62,816 nucleotides of DNA, filler included, from Octopus bimaculoides (GCF_001194135.2; 6 parts of 6 records of this genome joined end to end with filler, not necessarily neighbours in it), one strand, 5' to 3'. Counted from the first letter of the whole stretch, positions 12,701 through 25,140 are shown. Numbers and translations: made by a program. The notes: generated from the letters alone by a model not told the origin.

Positions 12701-14219
12701 TTAGTATTATTAATTCCATAACGATGTTTATTATTTCCCTCTCTGTTCTGTTTGGGTAAATTTGAGGAAGTGATTTTTCATGTTTGCATTAGTTGGACGG
12801 ATTTTCACCAGTATAGGCTCCCGCAACTTGTCGCGCTCGCTTATCATTGTCTTTATGANNNNNNNNNNNNNNNNNNNNNNNGGGGGGGGGGGGGTCCTGA
12901 TCTCAGCTTTCATCACTTGCTAATGTCTTCCCTGACCCTCCTCTCCCACGGGCTCTTTCCACTAGGACCGTTTGAGACTCCTGTCCCCAACTGTCATTCT
13001 TTATATATCACACATTTCTGTATCAGTGCAGACTCTTAACTTGCACATTATATGATTCCTCTTAAATCCATAATATATTTTTTCAGTGCCTCTGTGCACC
13101 GTTGTTCCTATTTATCGCCACATTTGTTTTTCAGCATTCGTATATCCTCCCTATTTAGTGTTTATGTTTCAATAACATGCAACAACACGATTCATACACA
13201 AGCGTCCTGCAATCTATCTTGCATTGGAAAAAGGCTCATAACACATCCCTAAGCTTTTTCTATCTTGTTCTTGCACTGGCTACTATACTTACGAAGCACC
13301 AACCTTCACTGCAAATTCTAGACCCTTCCGAACATTTGAAGAAATATATTTGCAGTGTTTTTGCTGCTAGTTGCTTTTTGTGTATTTGCTACATAAAAAG
13401 TTTGTCTTCTCGGTCAGTGTATCTATGCTTCCTCTACATTTCGTTTTCACCTATAGATTATATAGACCACATCTCTTGAAATTCGTAATTCTTCTTTTTT
13501 TTTTTTGTATATTTACCATGACTCTTTTCAAGATATTAAAACTTCGTCTTCTTTCCCCCTAAAACTTGTCTTTTGTATATTTATTTTGAGGCTTTCCATT
13601 CAAAAGGTGTAGGTATGGGTGTTTGTATGTANNNNNNNNNNNNNNNNNNNNNNNNNNNNNNNNNNNNNNNNNNNNNNNNNNNNNNNNNNNNNNNNNNNNN
13701 NNNNNNNNNNNNNNNNNNNNNNNNNNNNNNNNNNNNNNNNNNNNNNNNNNNNNNNNNNNNNNNNNNNNNNNNNNNNNNNNNNNNNNNNNNNNNNNNNNNN
13801 NNNNNNNNNNNNNNNNNNNNNNNNNNNNNNNNNNNNNNNNNNNNNNNNNNNNNNNNNNNNNNNNNNNNNNNNNNNNNNNNNNNNNNNNNNNNNNNNNNNN
13901 NNNNNNNNNNNNNNNNNNNNNNNNNNNNNNNNNNNNNNNNNNNNNNNNNNNNNNNNNNNNNNNNNNNNNNNNNNNNNNNNNNNNNNNNNNNNNNNNNNNN
14001 NNNNNNNNNNNNNNNNNNNNNNNNNNNNNNNNNNNNNNNNNNNNNNNNNNNNNNNNATGGTCCCTGTTAGTGTATGTTTTCATTCATGTGCCTTCACTAC
14101 TACATTAGAGTGGTTTAACTCTTACTTCTAGCAATGTAGGTGTTTCCTAACACCCTAGTCGCATTTAGTGACATTTGTAATTCTCCTTTTTGGTGAAACA
14201 TTGCAAACTGCTGTTCATA

Positions 14220-14250
<31 letters not shown>

Positions 14251-14739
14251 CACGCACGCACGCACACACACACCCGCACACACACACACACACGCACACA
14301 CACAAGCACATACGCACAGAGGGGAAGAAAGAGAGAAGTTGTTAAATGTACGTACACACACACATATATACACAAGCATGCACACGTGCGTGCGCGTACG
14401 AAGAAGGTATTATGTATCTCGCATAGAATTAAGTATTAAATGTTTAAATTCCTCGAAATGGTAAACCCCATTGGAATTCCGCAACTAGAAATTCCTTTTT
14501 TCAAATCATTTAATAATTTATAACAACCTTCAACAAACACTGACCAAAAAATAACAAAAACATGATGATTCGTAATGCTACAACGTTCCTTTACAAAGGA
14601 GCATTGTAGTATTTTTTATTTGTTTAACATATAGTGCAGAAACGACAAGGTTTGCAATGGTACATATCAAAGTATTGTTTTATTTTGGACAATTGGTTTC
14701 TTTCTGTGAAAGAATCACATATTGCGTAATTTTGGTAAG

Positions 14740-15105
14740 TAGCTGTTTGATAAGAAGTTTGCTTCCCAACCACATGGTTTTGAGTTCAGTCACCTGCGTG
14801 GCACCTTGGCCAAGTGTCTTTTACTATAGTCCACAGATCGACCAAAGTCTTGTGAGTGGATTTGGTGGATGCAAACTGACAAACGACTATCGTGTATGAG
14901 TGTATGTGTGTGAGTGTGTGTGTATGTGTGTGTGTCTTTGTGTTTGTGTTTGCACTCCACCACTACTTGACAACATATGTCGGTTTGGGTTACGTAACTT
15001 AACGGCTCAGCAAAACAGATTGATAAAATAAGTACCAGGCTTTACAAATAAGCACTGAAGTAAATTCATTCAACTAAAACTTTCCAAGACTGAAACAAAT
15101 AAAAG
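14740..15105 (+). mobile_element. SINE family B (degenerate, full length)
   Basis: cccaaccacatggtt...ggcaccttggccaagtgtc...gtgagtggatttggt, internal GT tract, aaataagtaccaggc...actgaaacaaataaaaga. Confidence 0.8.
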
Positions 15106-15191
15106 ATAAACTTAAACCATATACTCTAAATAGAGTCATATATTATGATATTTCTTGTAGTATACTAGAGCATATGGCCGAATCCTACTTT

Positions 15192-15685
15192 AAGGTCACC
15201 ATACAACCCCTCATAACTTTTTAACCTTTTGGGTGGGGGTGGGGAGGTTTCAGAAAAGTTTTGCAAATTTATGTTCTACACACAACAATTCATATGATTA
15301 TGCAAAAACCAAAACGAAAAAGATTTTGTGCGTGATTTAAGGGCTTTTTAGCTGTTATTTTTAGCACATCTTATGACCACCTGATACCTTCTTGTTTCTT
15401 TTGTCAATTTGACGAATTGATGCCTTTCAATATCTTTCTCCCCATAAACACATTTAATTGTCTATTGCTCGAATTTAAGCAAAAATTTCGGACAGTCCGT
15501 ATTTTAAACTCTGATTTTTTTTAAAAATCGAAAAAATCTTTTAAAATTTGTTTTTAATTCGGAAAATTAAAAAAAGAATTCAATTTTTCGTAGTCGTATG
15601 AATTCTCGTGTGTAGAACACAAATATGCAAAGTGTTCTGAAAATACCAAAAAAATAAAGAGGTTATGTGTTGAGAGTATGGCTAG
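15192..15685. mobile_element. MITE-like element with long imperfect terminal inverted repeats
   Basis: 15249-15308 (ttcagaaaagttttgcaaatttatgttctacacacaacaattcatatgattatgcaaaaa) is an imperfect reverse complement of 15584-15641; similarity extends outward to ccatac...cataac. Confidence 0.65.
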
Positions 15686-15984
15686 TAAAAGAAAGATGCA
15701 ATGTATAACAGAAGTGTATGGGCTTTCTGATAAAATAGCACCATATACCGACATTGCATACACTTGTGCCCCTACACCTGAGGCAGAGAAATGCAAAAAA
15801 TGACGGTGAAGGACATCAGTAAAGATGTTGATCTGATGCGTGTTGTTGCCCAGTATGAGCAAGAAATCAGTGCAGAAGAAATGAGAAAGAAAGTAAAAAG
15901 TAAAGTTACCTTCTCTAGTCATACTGACCCATAAGAGGCGATTCCCTGGTTTCATGGCGTATATATTCCCCACCTGGGCGGGAC

Positions 15985-16150
15985 GCCGGTCCGTCGCAGG
16001 ATTACTCATTTTTGCCAGCTGAGTGGACTGGAGCAATGTGAAATGAAGTTATTTGCTCAAGAACACAACGCGTCGCCCGGTCCAAGAATCAAAACCACAA
16101 TCTTACGACGATGAGTCCAACACCCTAACCACTCAGCTACGTGCCTCCAC
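15985..16150 (-). mobile_element. tRNA-headed SINE 5' fragment (family C-type head)
   Basis: tactcatttttgccagctgagtggactggagcaatgtgaaatgaagt..ttgctcaagaacacaacgcgtcgcccggtcc is the reverse complement of the 49351 head. Confidence 0.75.
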
Positions 16151-16183
16151 AGAAGAACTAGGAGGCAATGTATGGTTGAGAGG

Positions 16184-16402
16184 TAAGGCGTCAAGCTAGG
16201 AGAATCGTTAAAACGCTGAACAAAATGTTTAGCGGCATCACGTCTGTCATTACGTTCTGAGTTCGAATTCCGCTGAGGTCGACTCTGCCTTTCGTCCTCT
16301 CGGGGTCGATAAAATAAGTATCATTTGAGCACTGAGTTCGATGTAATTGATTTACACCTTTCTAAATCGCTGGCCTTGTGCCAAAAATTTAAAATCAATA
16401 TT
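16184..16402 (+). mobile_element. SINE, family A
   Basis: gaatcgttaaaacg...ttacgttctgagttcgaattccgctgaggtcgac...gccttgtgccaaaaattt. Confidence 0.8.
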
Positions 16403-16924
16403 GCTGAGAGGTGTTAGGACGAACTTACAAAGATGTTCATGCAAGTATTGTGCTGAATTAATGGCACAAAGACAAAGGACAAGAGACTGATCGTACAGGA
16501 CAAAAGGCTTGGTTGTTATACATGTGATAGCATAAGACACTTGTGGATCTTTAGCCATGAAGAGCTGGAAAAGTGAAGGAGAAGTTAAGGTGGTAGCAGG
16601 CGTCAGGGGCCATAAGAATATCAGATGCCAGTTTCCAGGATGTCATCAGTTAGACCTCTAGAAATGGTAGAGGACGTCACCTCGTTCAAGGTTCTAGAAA
16701 CAAAGAACAGGATACCTTATTTCTCACCGCCTTATCACTTTGTGACTATCAGGAGGAGATACGCAAGACCAACAACAAACTATTGCTGAAAATTAATCAC
16801 TGCAAACACAAGACGTAGAAAAAATATTTACATCCAAAAGGATGTAAATATTGTGTTTTCAACCAACCCAGCATGTGCATGCTATTATTTATAGCTTTAT
16901 TTTCCTCAAGATTCACTGTTCCAA

Positions 16925-17050
16925 GGCAGTGTGGTAAGAATTTTGCTTCCCAACCACATGATTCCAGGTTCAATCTCACTGCATGACACCTTGGGCAAGT
17001 ATCTGCTACTATGGCTTGTGAGTGGATTTGGTAGATGGAAACTAGAGGAC
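16925..17050 (+). mobile_element. SINE family B, 5' fragment
   Basis: gtgtggtaagaattttgcttcccaaccacatg...accttgggcaagt...gtgagtggatttggtagatggaaact. Confidence 0.75.
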
Positions 17051-17070
17051 GCCCATATATATCCTTATAA

Positions 17071-17390
17071 AAAGCAAAGTTTGCTTGTTCGTATGTTGAC
17101 TGCCAGAAACACTAAATAAAATTGATGATATTTCAGGTTTTTTATGTCATTTAAATTAATTTGACCATTTTGCAGATAACTGTGCACTTATTTTCTGAAA
17201 ATGAATTGTGGGAGACGAGTTGGTGGTGTATTGGTTCCTATTTCTAGTAATCCACGTACTATTTCACCATAATGTCTATATCAAAGCAAAGTTTGTTTGT
17301 TTGTACGTTGGCTGTTGAACACACTAAATAAAATCAATAATATATCAGGTTTTTCATGCTATCTAAATTAATTTGACCATTATCAAAGCA
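17071..17390 (+). repeat. About 100-bp imperfect direct repeat (17071-17170 and 17283-17385)
   Basis: aaagcaaagtttg...cactaaataaaat...tcaggttttt...taaattaatttgaccatt occurs twice. Confidence 0.8.
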
Positions 17391-17767
17391 AAAATCGTCA
17401 CTGGATTGGGTAAGGGACACATTGTATGTGGTGGTATGGGAAACATTGTGATGGTGGTGATGGTGGTGGTGGTGGTGGTGGCAATGATGATTACGATAAT
17501 GATGATGGTCTCTAAACTCTCCTAATATTCTATAACTTTCAACTTTTCCCAATTCCTGCAACCCTACACAAGCTGGTCATTCTCACAGGAGTAAAAGCTA
17601 AAATCATGTGAAAAGGGAACAAAACTCCATTAATCATCAATCACTGTCTGAAATTAATGCAGCTATTATATGAGCATATATTAAATGACTATATATTTTA
17701 TGAGTAAGAAATTGGGATAACAAACGAATATGGCAAATGAATAAACAATTATGTTATGAACTTTATT

Positions 17768-17848
17768 AGCTTACAGCTGTTTCAGCTATAAGATGTAATG
17801 CACACAAAGATGAGCGCTTGCATATCACCTTATAACTTCATCAGAGCT
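17768..17848 (-). ncRNA. Minimal type I hammerhead ribozyme motif (Penelope-like-element type)
   Basis: Minus strand reads AGCT-CTGATGA-AGTTATAAG-(36-nt extension)-CTTATAGCT-GAAAC-AGCT-GTA-AGCT: helix I 4 bp, intact core, helix II 9 bp plus further pairing, palindromic ACAGCTGT helix III, GUA cleavage triplet, followed by AATAAA. Confidence 0.8.
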
Positions 17849-17888
17849 TCAAACATGAATTGCAATTATATTTGGGAAAACATTTACA

Positions 17889-17934
<46 letters not shown>

Positions 17935-18793
17935 GAAAAGCATTACCATTAAAAATGGATATGCATATCTAGGAAGCATATGTATATTGAGTTCTAAACC
18001 AAGTTATTAGTATTGCAGTACCTAAGTGAAATATCTAAATATTTTATGTGTGTATATTATATGAATATATATTATATGAATATATATATTATATGAGTAC
18101 ATGTCTTATGCGTCCAAACTAGAATTTGTTTTTTTTATGTAATATTAAATCCTGTTATTCATCACATTTCACCATAGATTAAACTGGCTCCACCATATAA
18201 GTTTTCAACCCACACTTAAATCTTTAGAACACAAAGTATCAATGTTTCAAGTGGAACTCAAATGAAATTGAAAGACCCAATTAACAAATTCATTGTGAGA
18301 TTAGTTTAAAACATCAAAGAACGCAGAAGTTCATCTATTTATTTTAGATATTAATAACACTTTGAAGTGGAATCTTGGATTATTTTGCATCAGCTCAAAG
18401 ACACTTTGAAGTCTCAACTCTAGACTAAATCATGATAGATAAAAAGAATGAAAACAGAGATAAGAATGATTTCTCAGTTGCCTTTTCATTTAATGAGTAT
18501 AAATGGAATAGATATCAATCCATAAGCAAAACTTTTCCATAAGCAAGTTCTTATCTAACAAAGATGACATTTTTGTGAGAAAAGGTAAAAAAAAAATTGA
18601 TGATTAGATTCGATAAAGAATGGATTATGGTAATCATAAGAGCAGCATGATACTTTTACAGTGGCACATTAGGACCATTTCACATGTCAATATCTAATGA
18701 ATGAGAAAAATCAAAAAAACATTTTGGATATGCACTTGTCTGGAAAGGGATTTGATCTGAGATCATGTGTTGAAACTAAAACAATTACAGCAT

Positions 18794-19122
18794 AGAGGTT
18801 ATATTTACCTCCACTTAAACATGGTTGTTCTTTTAGAACAAACTATACTGTGGTAGATACCCTGAGAGAAACTTTCATATTGGCTTTTGGTACAAGATGC
18901 ACTCTTATTTATATTGCTAGCATGGAGAAAAATCCCTGCCTTCTCCAGTACTGAGACCACCAGAACACATGATTTCGACCTTCTTTGGTCTTATCAATGC
19001 TGGACTCTTGACCATGCATTTTGCACCAAAATCTAATATGAGAGTTTTTCTCATGATATCCACCACAGTATAGTTTGTTTTAACAGAACATCCACATTTA
19101 AGTTGGGATAAATATTACCTCT
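18794..19122. mobile_element. MITE-like foldback with about 85-bp imperfect terminal inverted repeats
   Basis: agaggttatatttacctccacttaaacatggttgttcttttagaacaaactatactgtggtagatacc..tcatatt is the inverse of aatatgagag..ccacagtatagtttgttttaacagaacatccacatttaagttgggataaatattacctct. Confidence 0.75.
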
Positions 19123-19604
19123 CAGTATTAATACTGCCTCCGTTGCTAATATATAATTACAGCATAGAGTGGAAGGTACATATGAGCCATTCAAAACACA
19201 CAAAGACTGCTGAGTTCAGTGAAACACTTTGAAAATTTTGACACCACAATATAAATGTTTAAGTGAAGTAAACAGATTTTGTATGGTTTTGAATGGAAAA
19301 AAAATATTTTCTTACATTGACACACCTCAAATTTATAGCCACGATAGAATAACAGCGTACATTAACATGTAAATCTGAAGTAAAATAGCTAGAGGTAGGA
19401 ATTAAAACTAAGTTGCTAACTCATCTCACCAAGAACTTATTCTGTTATATACAGGCCAGATCAGAAGCAGGAAGTCAGCTGGGCCAATTGGCATGGACCT
19501 ACAATTTTCAAGTGGTGAGGATTATATTCTCTGATAGAACTAAAAGGGGAACCTGTTGGTTTGGTTTAAAATAAATAATAAATTTTCAATTCATAGATTT
19601 AGAT

Positions 19605-19797
19605 ATGGTTGCATGGTTAAGAAGCTTGATGCTGAATCACATGGTCCTGGGTTCCATTCCCCTGTGTAACACCTAGTGCAAGTGTCTTTTATTATTCTAT
19701 TATTGCCTTCAGCGAACAAAAGCCTTGTGAGTAGATTTGGTTGGTGGAAACCAAAAGAAGACTATCAAATACGCATGCACATATATGTGTGTGTGTG

Positions 19798-19869
<72 letters not shown>

Positions 19870-20184
19870 ATGTGTTATACATACATCTATATATATTATA
19901 GATATGTATGTATGTGTGTGTGTGTGTGTGTGTGTGCATATTATACATACATATATACATATGTGTGTTATACATACATATTCTTTTATTTGTTTCAGTC
20001 AATTCACCGCAGCCATGCTGGAGCACTGCCTTTAGTCAAACAAATCGACCCCAGGACTTATTCTTTGTAAGCCTAGTACTTATTATATCAGTCGCTTTGC
20101 CGAACCACTAAGTTACGGGGACATAAACACACCAACATTGTCATGTGATGGTGGGGAGACACACACAGATACACAAATGTATAC

Positions 20185-20215
<31 letters not shown>

Positions 20216-20245
20216 CTATGAAATCCATTCACAAGGCTTTGGTAG
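19605..20245. mobile_element. Two family B SINE parts: + 5' half (19605-19760), TA/GT tract, then a - copy (19985-20245)
   Basis: Consensus motifs in opposite orientations around a microsatellite. Confidence 0.75.
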
Positions 20246-20623
20246 NNNNNNNNNNNNNNNNNNNNNNNNNNNNNNNNNNNNNNNNNNNNNNNNNNNNNNN
20301 NNNNNNNNNNNNNNNNNNNNNNNNNNNNNNNNNNNNNNNNNNNNNNNNNNNNNNNNNNNNNNNNNNNNNNNNNNNNNNNNNNNNNNNNNNNNNNNNNNNN
20401 NNNNNNNNNNNNNNNNNNNNNNNNNNNNNNNNNNNNNNNNNNNNNNNNNNNNNNNNNNNNNNNNNNNNNNNNNNNNNNNNNNNNNNNNATATAGAAAAAT
20501 TAATAATTAAAAGCACAATAAATGAGTATAATATAAAGTAAAGTAAAGTAAATATCATAAGATAAATATAAATTGATTTTAATTGAGTTTTTTACCTGTA
20601 ATTTTGGATTTCGTCCCTAATAT

Positions 20624-20662
<39 letters not shown>

Positions 20663-20759
20663 CATATATGTTATACATACATATAGATATATGTATGTAT
20701 ATATTATACACACACATTATACACACACACTCACATACACACACATACATATGTATGTG

Positions 20760-21030
20760 TGTGTATGTTATGCATTTGTCTCCTTGATTTGACATTGCAT
20801 GATAGTTGTAAATAAGGGTCACCATCATACCAGCAGTGTTCATCATTTCCAATCTTTTTGAAACTATGTTTGACCATATAATCTTACTTGGAAACAGATG
20901 AGGGTTGGGAACAAGAAGGAAATCTGATTATACAAAATCTGCCTCAGCAAATTTTCTCCCACCTATGCGAGCATAGATAAATGGATGTTAAAATGATGGT
21001 GATGATGATGGTGGTGGTGGTGGTGGTGAT
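20760..21030 (+). mobile_element. Short element ending in an RTE-like 3' tail with (GAT/GGT)n
   Basis: 3' end cctatgcgagcatagataaatggatgttaaaatgatggtgatg resembles the RTE 3' end at 56880-56925. Confidence 0.55.
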
Positions 21031-21269
21031 GGTTATAAGTTCCAGTATTAATATTTTTTTTTAAATGCTACTTTCATTTATTTTTAACAATAATTCTAAA
21101 ATCAAATTCTGTCTTTTAGTATTTTCGCCTTTTTATTTTGTCTTTGTTGTTAGTTGGTATATGTTGACTTCACTACTGGAATCCAACTGCATGAAATGTA
21201 TAACTTTAGAAGAATTTATTTGGCAAAATGTAAAGCGAAGGCCAAAAGAAAGACATTTGGGCACAGATG

Positions 21270-21635
21270 GGAACAGGTATCACTTCTCAATTACATGGTT
21301 CCAGATTCAGTCCCACTGTGTTTCACCCTGGGCTAGTGTCTTCTACTATAGCTTTGGGCCAATCAAACCATTGTGAGTGGATTTGGTAGATGGAAACTGA
21401 GAGAAACCTGTTGTGTGTGTGTGTGTGTATGTGTTTGTCCCCTATCACTGCTTGACAACCAGTGTTGGTGTGTTTATAGCCCCATAACTTAAAAGTTTGG
21501 CGAAAGAGACTGATGATCGAAGTACCAGGCTTAAACAGAAATAACTACTGAGGTTGATTCATTTGACTAGAAATTCTTCTAGGTGATGCTCCAGCATGGC
21601 TGCAATCTAATGAGTGAAACAAGTAAAAGACAAGA
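21270..21635 (+). mobile_element. SINE family B
   Basis: Head, CORE-like segment, GT tract and 3' module ending tgagtgaaacaagtaaaaga. Confidence 0.8.
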
Positions 21636-21660
21636 AACAAATATATAAATATGAACATAT

Positions 21661-22095
21661 AGGCGCAGGAGTGGCTGTGTGGATATTAGCTTGCTTACCA
21701 GCCACATTCTTCCGGGTTCAGTCCCACTGCATAGCACCTTGGGCAAGTGTCTTCTACTATAGCCTCGGGCTGACCAAAGCCTTCTAAGTGAATTTGGTAG
21801 ATGGAAACTGAAAGAAGCCCGTCATATATATGTATATATATATATATATATATATGTGCGTGTGTGTGTGTGTGTGTTAGTGTCTGATTTTGTCCCCTCA
21901 ACATTGCTTGACAACCGATGCTGGTGTGTTTATGTCTCCGTAACTTAGCGGTTCAGCAAAAGAGACCGACAGAATAAGTACTAGGCTTACAAAGACTAAC
22001 TCCTGGGGTCGATTTGCTCGACTAAAGGCGGTGCTCCAGTATGGCCGCAGTCAAATGACTGAAACAAGTAAGAGAGTAAGAGAGTAAGAGAGAGT
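21661..22095 (+). mobile_element. Full-length SINE family B (tRNA-derived, CORE-like domain, internal TA/GT microsatellite, gagtaa-type tail)
   Basis: ggcgcaggagtggctgtgtgg...ccgggttcagtccc...accttgggcaagtgtctt...gactgaaacaagtaagagagtaagagag. Confidence 0.9.
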
Positions 22096-22635
22096 ATATA
22101 TAAAAATAACTCACATTTTATTATTTTACTTCCTAAATTTGACTACTGTTACTAGTAGATCAAGTAACAATGCTATAGCAACCTTCCACAAATGTTCTCT
22201 GCATTTTTACTTATGCTTATCATCAAATATCAATTGGAATTCTTCTTTCGTGTCTTGTACTACCACAAATTCTTTCATAAAATCTTTGTGTTGTAAATGA
22301 ATGTTAGACTGTTTTACTTTCACATTCAATGAAAACAGAAGACAAAGCAATACTACACTGGAAAGAAAAGCAACATAATGTATTCAGTTTTCATTTATAA
22401 GCTACAATGTGAAAAGAACTTTTATTTTTATATATTATAGAAAAATGTAAAAATTTTACTTGTGATTCAATAATCTATAATAAGATACATTTTCTATAAA
22501 ATCAAAGTGCTTAATATACAAATATATACATATATATATATATGTGTGTGTATATGTATATATGAATAAAAATTCAAGTAAATATTTATATAGATGTTAT
22601 TACTATTATTAAAGTAGTAAAATAAATAAATAATG

Positions 22636-23072
22636 ATGGCAGGAGTGGCTGTGTGGTAAGTAGTTTGCTTAGCAACCACATGGTTCTGGCTTCAGTCCCA
22701 CTGCATAGCACCTTGGGCAAGTGTCTTCTACTATAATCCTCGGGCCGACCAAAGCCTTGTGAGTGGATTTCGAAGCTGAAACTGAAAGACAGAAACTGAG
22801 AGAAGCCCATCGTATATATGTATGTGTGTGTATATGTTTGTGTGTCTGTGTTTGTCCCCGCAACATCGCTTGACNNNNNNNNNNCGCAACATCGCTTGAC
22901 AACCGATGCTGGTGTGTTTATATCCCCGTAACTTAGCGGTTCGGCAAAAGAGACCAATAGAATAAGTACTAGGCTTACAAAGAATAAGTCCTGGGGTCGA
23001 TTTACTCAACTAATGGCGGTGCTCCAGCATGGCCGCAGTCAAATGATTGAAACAAGTAAAAGAGTAAAGAGT
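22636..23072 (+). mobile_element. Full-length SINE family B
   Basis: Near-identical organisation to 21661-22095; small gap with duplicated flanks at 22860-22898. Confidence 0.9.
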
Positions 23073-23104
23073 ATGATAATAATAATAATATTAATAATAA
23101 TAAT

Positions 23105-24505
23105 AATGGCAAAATCAAATGTATGGACGGGCTAACGATACCGTCAGGGGAGGTTATGAAGCAGATAGAAGAGACGGACTATAAGTACTTGGGGATTTTG
23201 AAAATGGATAAATTGATGGAGAAAGAAATGACAGAAAAATTTAAGTTGGAATACTTGCGCAGAGTGAGACTGATCCTTAAGTTGAAATTAAATGGACAGA
23301 ATAAGATCGAAACTATCAACACCTGGGCGGTTTCACTCCTTAGATATGGAGCAGGGGTAATCGCATGGACAGTAGACGAACTAAACAGCTTAGACAGAAA
23401 GACAAGGAAGTTGCTAACTAGATATGGGTCACTCCACCCAAAAAGTGACACAGACAGACTGTATGTACCAAGAAAAAGAGGGGGAAGAGGACTTATTTGA
23501 TGTAAACACAGCATTAGAACAGAAGAAAACAACATAACATAGTATGTAAAAAATGCCACAGAACTGCTATTATTAGAAGAAGGTCAGGGTTGTGTAGGAT
23601 GAAAGATTACAAAGATTAAAGCACTATACAAATTGAAGAAATTGAAAATGAATGAAACTGAAAATAGGTGGGTAAAGAAAAGAATGTATGGTCAATTTAA
23701 TAGGGATGTTGAAGATAAGACAGACAGAGAAAAAAGATGGCTGTGGATGACTAAAAGTGATTTAAACCAGAAATGGATGCTCTAATCTGTGCTGCCCAAG
23801 AGCAAGCATTAAGAACAAACTACATAAAATACAGAATAGACAACACAGCAGAAAGTGATAAGTGCAGAATCTGTGGACAAAACGGTGAAACCGTATGGCA
23901 TATTACCAGCCAATGTATGCCACTGACCCAGAAGGAATATAAGAGACACCATGACAATATAGCCAGGCTTGTCCATTGGACACTTTGCAATAAGTATGGA
24001 CTTGACAGAGCAAAAAATTGGTACAACCACAAACCCGAAGGCATCGTTGAAGATAGAAATGCAAAGATCCTATGGGATTTAATGATTCAGTGCGACCATG
24101 AGATAGAGAATAGGAAGCCAGACACAGTCTGAATTGAGAAAGAAAACAAACTATGCTGAATCATAGATATAGCATGCCCAGCTGACAAGGTATGCGATAA
24201 GGAAGAAAGAAAAGTCGAGAGATATGACAGGTTAGGTTGGGAAGTTAAGCAGTTGTGGTCAATGAAAAGGTAGCAGTAGTACCAATAATTGTCGGAGCCC
24301 TGGGAACAGTGAGCAAAAATCTCAAGAAGTACGTGGAACAAATAGGGGCTGCAATACAGGTGGAGCACTTGCAGTAAACAGCACTGCTTGGAGCTGCTTG
24401 AATACTCCAGAAGGCACTCAAAAAACAAGAGGTGTTACCTTAGTTCACTGGTAGTGAACAGCTGACACAGTAGTACATCCCCAGCGTTAGAAGCTGAGCA
24501 AAGGC
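23105..24505 (+). mobile_element. 5'-truncated, decayed R4/Dong-like non-LTR retrotransposon within (TAA)n
   Basis: DYKYLGILKMD, NKIETINTWAVSLLRYGAG, HPKSDTDRLYVPRKRGGRGLI, AAQEQALRTN, CRICGQNGETVWHITSQC, ILWDLMIQCD..RKPD, IDIACP; TAA tracts at 23074-23106 and 24507-24555. Confidence 0.9.
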
Positions 24506-24546
<41 letters not shown>

Positions 24547-24849
24547 TAATAATAAGTGGTCAGCAAGCAATTATACTGAGAAAGGTCAAATCCATAAATT
24601 TTATAATTAATCTATAATTATAATTGAGGGTACACTAAGTACCATCTTGCTAAAAATAAGAGTCAAGAATCCTCCAATGAGCCACCATTTCACTGAAAAC
24701 ATAACAGACTGACAGAAAAAAGTAACAAGCAAATAAATTAACTTACTGTCTCAGCTGATAGCCACAGACTAAGGCAATAGATATACCTGTTTACATATCA
24801 TATGATTTCGAATTTTGATATTTCCTAATTCTCATCACCTGCAAGACCA

Positions 24850-25140
24850 AGACCCCTTGGCTGGGAGAGGGAATTGCCATAAAGGACATGCTTGTATGTA
24901 TGGATGGCTACGATTTTACTCAGTTTGACATGTCTTCCCAAGTACAACAAATTGCCACAAGTCCTGGTCCCTTATCATCTCCTCAGAGAGGCTCAGCATC
25001 TGAAGATCCTTTCTCACCACTTCGTCCTATGTCTTCCTCGGTCAACCCCTTCCACAGATTCATTTCCCAATTAGAGATCAGCACTTCTTATAAGCAGCTG
25101 TCCTCATCCATGTGCATCCCATGACCGTACCAGCACAGAT
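24850..25140 (-). mobile_element. RTE LINE 3' fragment
   Basis: Minus strand ctggtacggtcatgggatgcacatggatgaggacagctgc...ccgaggaagacataggacgaagtggtgagaaaggatcttcagatgctgag is homologous to 56495-56700 (RLRWYGHV..GRPRK.W.EVV..DLQML). Confidence 0.8.

Noticed and set aside
12740-13000. Minus-strand ORF IKTMISERDKLREPILVKIRPT as a host exon
   Set aside because: The DNA resembles the RTE-type 3' tail (cgtccaac..atgc..catg.aaaa); no protein family recognised
22040-22075. Family B 3' end AGTC-AAAT-GACT-GAAAC-AA-GTA resembles a hammerhead half
   Set aside because: No CUGANGA strand in any copy
24888-25124. Ser/Pro-rich + strand ORF that looks like a host exon
   Set aside because: It is the antisense of an RTE 3' fragment homologous to 56495-56700
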